From assembly GCF_009914755.1 (NCBI RefSeq), contig NC_060941.1: a DNA stretch of 64,000 bases; one strand, given 5' to 3'. The translations under genes and the position numbers were made by a program. The stretch comes from the human T2T-CHM13v2.0 reference genome, Homo sapiens. The notes beneath the pieces are model-generated. The model was not told where the DNA came from. It made no database searches and worked only from the letters and a program-made list of their open reading frames with translations. Each line of letters starts with the position of its first letter. Within the stretch, counting starts at the first letter, position 1. Of the stretch, positions 39,855 to 62,791 are shown piece by piece.

Positions 39855-42840
39855 ACCCGCAGCGCCCCCATCTGTCTTCAGCACATTCCACGGCATCGCA
39901 TCCGTCCTGGGCGTGACCCGTCCATTCTTCAGTGTCTCTGTTTTTTAAAACCTGCGACAGCTTGTGATTCCTACCCCTCTTCCAGCTTCTTTTGCCAACT
40001 GAAGCCTTCTTCTGCCACTTCTGCGGGCTCCCTCCTCTGGCAGGCTTCCCCCTTGATCGACTTCTTGGTTTTCTCTCTGGATGGAACGGGCATGGGCCTC
40101 TCTGGGGGAGGCAGGGCTGGAATGGGAGACCTGTTGGCCTGTGGGCCTCACCTGCCCCTCTGTTCTCTCCCCTCACATCCTCCTGCCCAGCTCCTCACAT
40201 ACCCACACATTCCAGGGCTGGGGTGAGCCTGACTGCCAGGACCCCAGGTCAGGGGCTCCCTACATTCCCCAGAGTGGGATCCACTTCTTGGTTCCTGGGA
40301 TGGCGATGGGGACTCTGCCGCTGTGTAGGGACCAGTGGGATGGGCTCTACCTCTCTTTCTCAAAGAGGGGGCTCTGCCCACCTGGGGTCTCTCTCCCTAC
40401 CTCCCTCCTCAGGGGCAACAACAGGAGAATGGGGTTCCTGCTGTGGGGCGAATTCATCCCCTCCCCGCGCGTTCCTTCGCACACTGTGATTTTGCCCTCC
40501 TGCCCACGCAGACCTGCAGCGGGCAAAGAGCTCCCGAGGAAGCACAGCTTGGGTCAGGTTCTTGCCTTTCTTAATTTTAGGGACAGCTACCGGAAGGAGG
40601 GGAACAAGGAGTTCTCTTCCGCAGCCCCTTTCCCCACGCCCACCCCCAGTCTCCAGGGACCCTTGCCTGCCTCCTAGGCTGGAAGCCATGGTCCCGAAGT
40701 GTAGGGCAAGGGTGCCTCAGGACCTTTTGGTCTTCAGCCTCCCTCAGCCCCCAGGATCTGGGTTAGGTGGCCGCTCCTCCCTGCTCCTCATGGGAAGATG
40801 TCTCAGAGCCTTCCATGACCTCCCCTCCCCAGCCCAATGCCAAGTGGACTTGGAGCTGCACAAAGTCAGCAGGGACCACTAAATCTCCAAGACCTGGTGT
40901 GCGGAGGCAGGAGCATGTATGTCTGCAGGTGTCTGACACGCAAGTGTGTGAGTGTGAGTGTGAGAGATGGGGCGGGGGTGTGTCTGTAGGTGTCTCTGGG
41001 CCTGTGTGTGGGTGGGGTTATGTGAGGGTATGAAGAGCTGTCTTCCCCTGAGAGTTTCCTCAGAACCCACAGTGAGAGGGGAGGGCTCCTGGGGCAGAGA
41101 AGTTCCTTAGGTTTTCTTTGGAATGAAATTCCTCCTTCCCCCCATCTCTGAGTGGAGGAAGCCCACCAATCTGCCCTTTGCAGTGTGCAGGGTGGAAGGT
41201 AAGAGGTTGGTGTGGAGTTGGGGCTGCCATAGGGTCTGCAGCCTGCTGGGGCTAAGCGGTGGAGGAAGGCTCTGTCACTCCAGGCATATGTTTCCCCATC
41301 TCTGTCTGGGGCTACAGAATAGGGTGGCAGAAGTGTCACCCTGTGGGTGTCTCCCTCGGGGGCTCTTCCCCTAGACCTCCCCCTCACTTACATAAAGCTC
41401 CCTTGAAGCAAGAAAGAGGGTCCCAGGGCTGCAAAACTGGAAGCACAGCCTCGGGGATGGGGAGGGAAAGACGGTGCTATATCCAGTTCCTGCTCTCTGC
41501 TCATGGGTGGCTGTGACAACCCTGGCCTCACTTGATTCATCTCTGGTTTTCTTGCCACCCTCTGGGAGTCCCCATCCCATTTTCATCCTGAGCCCAACCA
41601 GGCCCTGCCATTGGCCTCTTGTCCCTTGGCACACTTGTACCCACAGGTGAGGGGCAGGACCTGAAGGTATTGGCCTGTTCAACAATCAGTCATCATGGGT
41701 GTTTTTGTCAACTGCTTGTTAATTGATTTGGGGATGTTTGCCCCGAATGAGAGGTTGAGGAAAAGACTGTGGGTGGGGAGGCCCTGCCTGACCCATCCCT
41801 TTTCCTTTCTGGCCCCAGCCTAGGTGGAGGCAAGTGGAATATCTTATATTGGGCGATTTGGGGGCTCGGGGAGGCAGAGAATCTCTTGGGAGTCTTGGGT
41901 GGCGCTGGTGCATTCTGTTTCCTCTTGATCTCAAAGCACAATGTGGATTTGGGGACCAAAGGTCAGGGACACATCCCCTTAGAGGACCTGAGTTTGGGAG
42001 AGTGGTGAGTGGAAGGGAGGAGCAGCAAGAAGCAGCCTGTTTTCACTCAGCTTAATTCTCCTTCCCAGATAAGGCAAGCCAGTCATGGAATCTTGCTGCA
42101 GGCCCTCCCTCTACTCTTCCTGTCCTAAAAATAGGGGCCGTTTTCTTACACACCCCCAGAGAGAGGAGGGACTGTCACACTGGTGCTGAGTGACCGGGGG
42201 CTGCTGGGCGTCTGTTCTTTACCAAAACCATCCATCCCTAGAAGAGCACAGAGCCCTGAGGGGCTGGGCTGGGCTGGGCTGAGCCCCTGGTCTTCTCTAC
42301 AGTTCACAGAGGTCTTTCAGCTCATTTAATCCCAGGAAAGAGGCATCAAAGCTAGAATGTGAATATAACTTTTGTGGACCAATACTAAGAATAACAAGAA
42401 GCCCAGTGGTGAGGAAAGTGCGTTCTCCCAGCACTGCCTCCTGTTTTCTCCCTCTCATGTCCCTCCAGGGAAAATGACTTTATTGCTTAATTTCTGCCTT
42501 TCCCCCCTCACACATGCACTTTTGGGCCTTTTTTTATAGCTGGAAAAAACAAAATACCACCCTACAAACCTGTATTTAAAAAGAAACAGAAATGACCACG
42601 TGAAATTTGCCTCTGTCCAAACATTTCATCCGTGTGTATGTGTATGTGTGTGAGTGTGTGAAGCCGCCAGTTCATCTTTTTATATGGGGTTGTTGTCTCA
42701 TTTTGGTCTGTTTTGGTCCCCTCCCTCGTGGGCTTGTGCTCGGGATCAAACCTTTCTGGCCTGTTATGATTCTGAACATTTGACTTGAACCACAAGTGAA
42801 TCTTTCTCCTGGTGACTCAAATAAAAGTATAATTTTTACC
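39855..42840 (+). other. LASP1: LASP1 3'UTR (~3 kb, Alu-free)
   Basis: Runs from the stop codon to AATAAA at 42820, followed by a GU-rich tract; cleavage site approximate. Confidence 0.88.
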
Positions 42841-42980
42841 TGCGGACTTGGTTTCCTCTCTGGCTCTGAGCTGCTGTTGTGTGTGTCTGTGTGTGGGTGT
42901 GTGTCTCTAGCTGTAAGGTGCTGCTGTGTGTGTGTGTGTCTAGCTGTAAGGTGCCACTGTGTGTGTGTGTGTGTGTGTGT
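42820..42980 (+). terminator. LASP1 polyadenylation signal (AATAAA 42820-42825) with GU-rich downstream element
   Basis: caAATAAAagtataattttta followed by (TG)-rich tract at 42875-42980. Confidence 0.85.
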
Positions 42981-44536
42981 CCTGTCTGCTTGGGGGCACT
43001 GGCCTGTGGCCCTCCTGGGACCTCTGCTGCCCCTCGGGGAGAGAATGACTTGTCTGGATGCCAAGGGGGAGTTTGCTGCTGTCTGTCAGGCCCTTGGCCC
43101 CTACTTCCTCCTTGCTGAGAACTCCCCACCAACCTACTTCTGGCTTTCCACCCGCTCATTCCTCTCTGCCCAACTTGGTGATGCTCCCGGAAGCTTCCCT
43201 GAGCTCCGTCTCGTATTACTGTGTCACTTCCTCAGTGACATATCTGTCTCCCCACTAGCCAGAGCCCTTGGGGCAGGTGATGAGTCTAATTCATCTCTAA
43301 ATCCCGGGTACCTGCCCAGGAGCGGTGCGGAGCTGTTGAATTAATGAATGAGCTTGGCTGGGGAGCAGTTCTAGCACTCTGCCGCTGCCAGGCAGAGAGC
43401 AGGAGCTCCACGCATTTGAGGAACGAGATGACAGGGCATTCCACAGTGGGACGGGACCTGGATAAAGCTGTCTGTAAGGTGGCCTGGCAACCCAAAGCAC
43501 TATTCACAGTGCCTTCTGAATGTAATCTTTAATACACATCCCCTTTCTTCCTTCTTCCTCACAACCCTGTGAGAGAAGTAACTACTTATAGAGGGGCTCA
43601 CTGAAACCCAGAAAGGCAAAGCAGATTGGTGGCAGTCACAGCTAGTGGCAGAGTGGGGCCTGAGACCCCCATGTGATGCTCACAGTCTGGTGCTGTGCCA
43701 CCTGGCCATGGCAGGCCGCGTGCCTGTGTCTGTGGCAGCTCTTAGATGTGTGTCTCCTGGGCTCCATGTTTTGCTCCAGGTGCCCAGGGTCTGTGACTGG
43801 CCAGAAGGCCAGGCGGCCTCCCCTCTTGCTCATTGGGCTTGGGAAGAGGACAGTGGTAGAGAGGGGAATCTGGCCCTGCTCAGTGCTGCCAATCAGCCTC
43901 AGGTCCAGCTGCTTGAGGGGCATTTCTCTCTTGGGGCTCAGAACTAAGGAATTCTCCAGCCTCAGAATCACAGCAGGGTGGAGAGGAGGAGGGCTCTCCT
44001 GAGCTGAGCATTTGTAATCTGGAGAATGACATGGCCAGAGTCAGCTGAGCTGGGGCAATGTGGGGAGCATCCAAGGCGGCCCTGGGTGGTATAATTAGAG
44101 ACAGCACTGACACCTGCTCCCCTCCAGGGGTGCAGGCAGCCCAATACTTTCCCAATAGAAGGGAATTAGTTGGCAAAGCTTGCCTCATGTCGGCCTGCCC
44201 CACTCCCCGGGAGGCTTCATTCACCTTCAGATCTATTTGATGGAACAGTGCTTTGGGGGACATTGCTGCCAAGTCTCCACTCCCTGCTCACAGAAAGCTC
44301 TGCCTCCTGGAAATGGGCCAATGGGAGGAGTTTCTGGATTTCCTTCTGGCAGTGGCCTAAGTTCCTGAGGTCTTGCATTATGAGGGGGTTACCAATATAT
44401 CTTAACCCCAGGCCTTTAAAAAAAATATTATTTGGGGTGGGGGCCAAGGAGACTAGGCCTCAGAGACGTCCTAGGGAATGATTTAATTTAATAGAAAATA
44501 ATTGAGGCTTATAAAAAGGCACAAAAATCCTGGCTA

Positions 44537-44806
<270 letters not shown>

Positions 44807-45302
44807 TCAGAAGAAACCACTTGAATTTTTTAAATTTCAGGGATACCCCTGGGGAATTCTTCAGTGTCCTCTCTGTGTACAACACTATGCTGAGCTTTTG
44901 GAAGAGGATACCAAAGAAAACAAAACTAGGCCGGGTGCGGTGGTTCACACCTGCAATCCCAGCACTTTGGGAGGCTGAGGTGGGAGGATCGCTTGAGTCC
45001 AGGAGTTTGAGACCAGCCTGGGCAAAATGGCAAGACCCCGTCTCTATAAAAAAAGAAAGAAGGAAAACAAAACAGTGGGTAATGACTGCAAAGAGACGAA
45101 GGAGTGGGTGGAGGAGGGGTCTCTGGTGCTCGTCCTGTAGGTGGATCGATGTGAAAGCAGTCCACTGCAAGCTGAGCAGTGCACGTGGGGTGTAGGGGCC
45201 TTCCGGACCAACAGGGGGAGCAGTGTGGCGCAAGAGGAAGAATATGGACTTTGGTGTCAGCATGCCTAGTTTTGAATCCTGGTCTCTGACATTTTTAATT
45301 AA

Positions 45303-45997
<695 letters not shown>

Positions 45998-46239
45998 TGA
46001 ACTCCTGACCTTGTGATCCACCTGCCTCGGCCTCCCAAAGTGCTGGGATTATAGGCATGAGCCACTGCGCCCGGCTGGTCTCTGACACATCTAAGCTATG
46101 AACCATTAGGGTAAGTTTCTGACCATCTCTGAGCCCCATCTATGAAAGACTCATAGGGAGGTTGAAATTGCACCACATGTACGATATCTGGCCCAGTGTA
46201 GGAAATGTATAAATGTTAGCTTCATCCCTCAGGGAAGCC

Positions 46240-50460
<4,221 letters not shown>

Positions 50461-50472
50461 AAACCACTCTGA

Positions 50473-50941
<469 letters not shown>

Positions 50942-51043
50942 TAGGCATCGAAGCACAACTGAAGTGGAAAATTGTCTTTGTAAATTACATGCTTTGGCTT
51001 TATCAAACTATAGATATTTTCAAAGCCTAGAGTGGCCTCTTCT

Positions 51044-52410
51044 TTTTTTTTTGTTTTCTTTTATTATTATTATTATTTTTTTTTTTATTTTTTATTTTTT
51101 ATTTTTTATTGATCATTCTTGGGTGTTTCTCGCAGAGGGGGATTTGGCAGGGTCATAGGACAATAGTGGAGGGAAGGTCAGCAGATAAACAAGTGAACAA
51201 AGGTCTCTGGTTTTCCTAGGCAGAGGACCCTGCGGCCTTCCGCAGTGTTTGTGTCCCTGGGTACTTGAGATTAGGGAGTGGTGATGACTCTTAACGAGCA
51301 TGCTGCCTTCAAGCATCTGTTTAACAAAGCACATCTTGCACCGCCCTTAATCCATTCAACCCTGAGTGGACACAGCACATGTTTCAGAGAGCACAGGGTT
51401 GGGGGTAAGGTCACAGATCAACAGGATCCCAAGGCAGAAGAATTTTTCTTAGTACAGAACAAAATGAAAAGTCTCCCATGTCTACCTCTTTCTAGACAGA
51501 CACGGCAACCATACGATTTCTCAATCTTTTCCCCACCTTTTCCCCCTTTCTATTCCACAAAACCGCCACTGTCATCATGGCCCGTTCTCAATGAGCCGCT
51601 GGGCACACCTCCCAGACGGGGTGGTGGCCGGGCAGAGGGGCTCCTCACTTCCCAGCAGGGGCGGCCGGGCAGAGGCGCCCCTCACCTCCTGGACGGGGCG
51701 GCTGGCCGGGCAGGGGGTTGACCCCCCCTACCTCCCTCCCGGACAGGGCGGCTGGCCAGGCAGAGGGGCTCCTCACTTCCCAGTAGGGGCGGCCGGGCAG
51801 AGGCGCCCCTCACCTCCCGGACGGGGCGGCTGGCCGGGCGGGGGAGCTGACCCCCCCACCTCCCTCCCGGACGGGGCGGCTGGCCGGGTGGGGGGCTGAC
51901 CCCCCCACCTCCCTCCCGGACGGGGCGGCTGGCCGGGCGGGGGGGCTGACCCCCCCACCTCCCTCCCGGACGGGGTGGCTGCCGGGCGGAGACGCTCCTC
52001 ACTTCCCAGACGGGGTGGCTGCTGGGCGGAAGGGCTCCTCACTTCTCTGACGGGGCGGCTGCCGGGCGGAGGGGCTCCTCACTTCTCAGACGGGGCGCTT
52101 GCCAGGCAGAGGGTCTCCTCACTTCTCAGACGGGGCGGCTGGGCAGAGACGCTCCTCACCTCCCAGACGGGGCCGTGGCCGGGCAGAGGCGCTCCTCACA
52201 TCCCAGACGGGGCGGCGGGGCAGAGGCGCTCCCCACATCTCAGACGATGGGCGGCCGGGCAGACACGCTCCTCACTTCCTAGATGGGATGGCGGCCGGGA
52301 AGAGGCGCTCCTCACTTCCTAGATGGGATGGCCGCCGGGCAGAGACGCTCCTCACTTTCCAGACTGGGCAGCCATTCAGAGGGGCTCCTCACATCCCAGA
52401 CGATGGGCGG
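51044..52410 (-). mobile_element. 5'-truncated SVA retrotransposon (SVA_D-like): polyA, SINE-R, partial VNTR
   Basis: Poly(T) 51044-51110, SINE-R, GC-rich VNTR 51600-52410; exact TSD TAGAGTGGCCTCTTCT at 51028-51043 and 52411-52426. Confidence 0.96.
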
Positions 52411-52776
52411 TAGAGTGGCCTCTTCTAAGTCAGTTTTGTGCCCATCTATTTTAAACAAAAATAAAACCAAAGTCATATATTAACAGGGGAACAGAAAAAG
52501 CCATTGACACAACTTCCATTATAAAATCAAACACACCAAGGCAGATACATTAGAAATGTTTAAGAACATCTTTGTACTTAAAATTTAAACTGTGAGACTG
52601 CCAGGTGTGGTGGTGGCTCACGTCTGTAATCCCAGCACTTTGGAAGGCCGAAGCAGGTAGGTCACTTGAGGTCAGGAGTTGGAGACCAGACTGGCCAACA
52701 TGGTGAAACCCCATCTCTACTGAAAATACAAAATTAGCCGGGCAAGGTGGCACATGCCTGTAATCCCAGCTACTCA

Positions 52777-52983
<207 letters not shown>

Positions 52984-53868
52984 TCAGGAGTTCGAGACCA
53001 GCCTGGCCAACATGGTGAAACCCTGTCTACACTAAAAATACAGAAAAAAAAAAAAAAAAAAAAAACCTGGGCATGGTGGCACGTGTCTGTAAATCCCAGC
53101 TGCTCAGGAGGCTGAGGCAGAAGAATTGCTCAAACCCAGGAGGCAGAGGTTGCAGTAAGCCGAGATTGCACCATTGCACTCCAGCCAGGCGGCAGAGCAA
53201 GACTATCTCTCAAAAAAACAAACAAAACAAAAAACAAACACCGTAAGAGGCCGGGCACTGTGCTTCACGCCTATAATCTCAGCACTTTGGGTGGCCGAGG
53301 TGGGGCAGATCACCTGAAGTCAGGAGTTTGAGACCGGCCTTTCCAACAAAGTGAAACCCCAGCTCTACTAAAAATACAAAAATTAGCCAGGCGTGGTGGT
53401 GTGTGCCTGTGGTCCCAGCTACTCAGGAGGCTGAGGCAGGAGAATCGCTTAAACCTGGGAGGCAGAGGTTTCAGTACGACAAGATCGCACCACTGTACTC
53501 CAGCGTGGGTGACAGACTCTGTCTCAAAAAAACACTGTAAGATCTTATAGTCATGGGAAATTGCAGGTAATCCACAATATTTAATTACATATTTTATTTT
53601 TTGAAACTGATATTAAGCTATGATAATTGTAGCATTTCTAGTTTAGCAGCAATTGGAATATTCATTGCTTACGGATTTAATCACTGAATTAAATAGCAGA
53701 ACAGTGCAGAATACTGTTCTATAGATTATTGTTTATGAGTTATTGCTAGTAAATGAAATTATTTAATTTTATATGTTAATATTAAGTGTAAGTATACACA
53801 TACATAAATATACAGCTAATTACAATATTAATTTATATTAAGACATTTCATTTTTTTGATCATGGTAG

Positions 53869-57494
<3,626 letters not shown>

Positions 57495-57554
57495 TAAGAT
57501 AGGGAGAAAAGCTTTAGGAAGAAGTAAAAACTATTTGTAAAGATTATTCTGGCA

Positions 57555-58303
57555 GCAGAATCGCTATTTTCTTTCATTTTATTTTTCTCTTATTTGCTAC
57601 ATTTTATTTGAATCCCCAGTAAAAGATGATTTGATTGCATTGAGACAATATATACCTTCCTGTATGTATAGACCTTTTGTATGATTACCTTAAAGAAGGA
57701 AATATATGTCTGTGTGTGTGTGTCTATATATATATAGACATATATGTATACTTTGTTTTTTATCCATTAGTTCATGTAAAACATGAACAAAATATAATGT
57801 TCTTTGTAAGCATATGCCAAGAAGGTAGTAAAAACTGTGATTTGTATTCTACACATTCCAAAACACCATATTGCAAATCTTCACAAAACATTCTGGGCTA
57901 TGTCTATACAACTTAAACAAAGTGAACATACACACTATTTAGTGAATTTGGGTCTAACTATAAAATGGAATTTTCTCTTGCTTCAAAAATGCATACATAC
58001 AGGTTGGCTGGTCCCAGATTCTTGAACAGCTAACATTCTATTTTGGTTTGGTGTTAGGTTGACTAAAACCCGGAGAGGCAGAGCTTGTTTTCCAGAGAAA
58101 TCTCAGCACATTCTTGAGTCTGCCTGTTATTTTTATATTAATAATGATGTACGTAGTTGCTTCTAAAATTCTATCCAGCTTTTGAATTCTTAGGTTACTT
58201 AGATGATAAAAAGTCCCATGGATGCTATTTTTTGAGTGAAAAAGTAGCACTCCTCTAATCATTCGTTCAGTGACGTTCTCTAAAGGCAAGGCTTTCTGAG
58301 GAT
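57555..58303 (-). other. FBXO47: FBXO47 3'UTR with candidate AATAAA signals (57603-57608 and 57578-57583)
   Basis: Follows the TAA stop; TTTATT hexamers on the + strand; end approximate. Confidence 0.65.
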
Positions 58304-58419
58304 TTAGGTAGACAGAGGAGTATTCATGGTCAAATACAGGACCTCCTTATGGAAGTTAGCCTGAGCATGTACAAGATGGAACAAATTCAAAAAGCTTCTG
58401 TCATCTTCATCACGGTCTC
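58304..58419 (-). CDS. FBXO47: FBXO47 last coding exon
   Basis: Minus-strand tag| acceptor; (G)DRDEDDRSFLNLFHLVHAQANFHKEVLYLTMNTPLST*; phase 1 matches the upstream exon. Confidence 0.92.
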
Positions 58420-58498
58420 CTATATGCCATACATAGTGGGGAAAAGAAAATGACAGTTAAAATGTTAAGTATATAATTTATTTTATTAATTAATTTAA

Positions 58499-58762
<264 letters not shown>

Positions 58763-58775
58763 TAAGATGTTCTAA

Positions 58776-59033
<258 letters not shown>

Positions 59034-59701
59034 TGATCCACCCGCCTCGGCCTCCCAAAGTGCTGGGATTACAGGCATGAGCCACCTCGCCCAGCCTTCC
59101 CTAGTAATATTTAAACAGGAGACTTTTTGTTAGTGACTTTACTAAGTCAAGTTAACTACTGAAATCATGGAATTATATAAGAAAAGTAGATTAGAAGTCA
59201 GAAGAAAAGGATGCTCATCCATGCTTTATTGCTTCTAACTTTGAGACCTTGGTAAGTCAGGTAACTTCTCTAAGCCTTAGTTTTCTCATCTGTAAAATAG
59301 GGTTAATTATCATGTTGGTTACTTAATAAAGCTGTAAAATAATATTTACAAATATATTTTTATGCTAGTGACAGTTGGTAAGTGAGCAAGTTAAATTTTT
59401 TTGCTGTGCAAAATTGAAAGTGGTTCCTTTCAAAGCAGACTCTTCAACTTTATATTCTCCATTAAAACCAATACCAGATTTTTAAAGTGACGAAAGCCAG
59501 GAACTAAATATATTGCAAGGAAAAACAAACAAAAGTCCGCTTCCTCTACTTATTGTTAGTTTTTATTTTTTAAAGTCAACATAGAAATAGCTTTTTTTTT
59601 TTTTTCCATTCTTGGACTGTTAGAGAAAAATATCTCTGTTTTAGGTGGAGACTAGAGCGCATTTTTACGCACACCTGTGCACCAAGTACATTCCTACTCA
59701 C

Positions 59702-59861
59702 CAGACATAATTGATTGCAGCATTTCCATTATAACACATGCAAATGCATTTGCCACATTCTGCAGGAAGTTCTTTCTTTCCACTGGAGTGCTAAAGACTT
59801 TGCAGACTTTTTGCATCATTTTAACTGTCCAATCCATGCAGTACAGTTCTTTCTCACACAC
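59702..59861 (-). CDS. FBXO47: FBXO47 penultimate coding exon (160 nt)
   Basis: cag| and G|gtgagt on minus strand; VCEKELYCMDWTVKMMQKVCKVFSTPVERKNFLQNVANAFACVIMEMLQSIMS(G). Confidence 0.92.
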
Positions 59862-60085
59862 CTGATTTAGACATATAAAGCGCTATAAACCTTCATGTGA
59901 AGAAAGCTATAGAATTTGAAAATGGTGAACAATGATGAATAATTATAGTTTGTGATTTTACATAATTTATGATACCTGACACCATACTGAGTCTATACAT
60001 GGGAAATGCTCTTCTATCTAATACTATTTTGCTTTCAAATGGTACAATTTTAATGGGAAAAAAGTATGAAGTAAATACAAGCCTA

Positions 60086-60334
<249 letters not shown>

Positions 60335-60421
60335 TCACTTGAACTCAGGAGGCGGAGGATGCAGTGAGCGGAGATCATACCACTGCACTCCAGCCTGGGG
60401 GACAGAGCCAGACTCCATCTC

Positions 60422-60473
<52 letters not shown>

Positions 60474-60784
60474 TGTATTGAAAACAGTTACTGAACATAG
60501 AAAAAAAATTTCTGCTCATTTACTCATTCAATAAACATTTATTGAGCACCTGCTAGGAGCTGAAGATACAATGACAAACCATAAAGACATGGCTCTATTT
60601 TCAAGAAGTCCAATGAAGGTGATAGACAAATGGGCAATTTCAATAAGCAAGAGAATTCTATGGTATTGTCGACTTTCCATCTTGAGAATTTTAGGGAATA
60701 TTTGTTTCTTCATTATTGAAAAGATAAATATTTAAAGATTACATGTTCCTAGCTAAAACTGACTGAAAAGTAAAAGGTTTCTTT

Positions 60785-61097
<313 letters not shown>

Positions 61098-62742
61098 AAG
61101 GTTTCTTTACTAACATCCTTAATTGCCAATCTAACTCACATAGCCAAATAAATAATGCATATTATTAAAATAAACTGTATAGTAGTGTAACTAAATAATA
61201 GCACTGTGATAGGAAAGATCTATTGACTATTTATTATGTGTAAAGCACTGTATTATGAACTATGAAAGAAATAAGTGACACAGTACTGGATTTCAAAGAG
61301 CTTGCAGTCTATTTTGGGAGATGACCTACTCCACACATACAGTGGCTTAAGGACACTAATAGTAGATGAAGATAGAGAAGACAAATCAGAGGTAATTCAG
61401 AGAACTTTAATGATCAGAATTGACATGTTAATCAGAGAAGGCTTTCTAGAGAAGGCTTCCCCACCCCTAGTGATTTTCTCTTCATTACATTTGCTATAGT
61501 GCTGCCAAAATGATCTGCCAAAAACACAAAGCCAATTATGTCTCTCCCCTTCATAAAACTTTTCAGTAGCTCCCTATTAGAAAATGGGTTCAAGCTCCAC
61601 AGAATGGCCCACAAAACCCTTCCTTACCTAGCCTCTCCCTTCATGTCTAACCTCACCTCCTGCTACTCTTCTGCAGATTCTACCCTTCAGAAATCATACT
61701 GAACTGCTTACAGTGTCCTGAATACAGTCACATGATCCCATTTTTCTTCTGCCTTGAATAATCTGCTGCCACCCTCTATCTGCCTGGTGAACTCCTACTT
61801 ATTCATTTACTTATTTATTTTTTAGAGACAGGGTCTCCCTCTGCTATGCAGACTGAAGTGCAGTGGCGTGACCATAGCTCACTGCAGCTTCAAACTCCTG
61901 GGCTCAAGTGATCCTCCTGCCTCAGCCTTCTGAGTAGCAGGGACGATAGACACACACCACCACACCCAGCTAGTTTTATTTTATGTTTTGTAGAATTGAG
62001 GCTTTCCCTATATTGCCCAGGATGGTCTTGAATTCCTGGCTTCAAGTGATCCTCTGGGCTCAGCCTCCCAAAGAGCTGGGATTATAGACATGAACCAATG
62101 CACTCAGCCTTTTATTTAAGTAATTTATTTTTTGAGATGAGATCTCATTCTGTTGCCCAGGCTAGAGTGCAGTGGTGCTATCTTGGCTCACCACAGCCTT
62201 GACCACCCAGACTCAAGTGATCTTCCCACTTCAGCTCCTGAGTAGCTGAGCTCACAGGCACGCATGCCACAACTCCTGGCTAATTTTTAAATTTTTTATT
62301 ATTTATTTATTTATTTTTTTGAGACAGCATCTCACTCTGTCACCTAGGCTGGAGTGCAGTGGCATGATCTGCTCACTGCAACCTCCGCCTGCCAGGCTCA
62401 AGTGATTCTCCTGCCTCAGCCTCCCGAGTAGCTGGGATTACAGGCACCTGCCACCACACCTGGCTAATTTTTGTATTTTTAGTAGAGTTGGCATTTCACC
62501 ACTTTGGCCAGGCTAGTTTCGAACTCCTGACCTCAGGTGATCCGCCTGACTCAGTCTCCCAAAGTGCTGGGATTACAGGCATGAGCCATCATGTCCGGCC
62601 AATTTTTAAACATTTTTATTATAGAGACAGGGTCTTGCTGTGTTTTCCAGGCTGCTCTCGAACTCCTGGGCTCAAGAATCTCATAATTTATGGCCCATAG
62701 TAAGCACTCAATACAAATTTGTGTTAAATGAATATTAAATAA

Positions 62743-62791
<49 letters not shown>

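Noticed and set aside
39387-39896. 169-aa antisense ORF over the SH3 exon
   Set aside because: By-product of extreme GC3 on the sense strand
40081-40677. 198-aa ATG ORF in the LASP1 3'UTR
   Set aside because: No recognisable domain, GC-rich context, downstream of the main stop
51113-52483. Pro/Gly/Arg-rich repetitive ORFs
   Set aside because: SVA SINE-R and VNTR translations
58038-58289. 83-aa minus-strand ORF
   Set aside because: Lies in the FBXO47 3'UTR just after the true stop; non-ATG start
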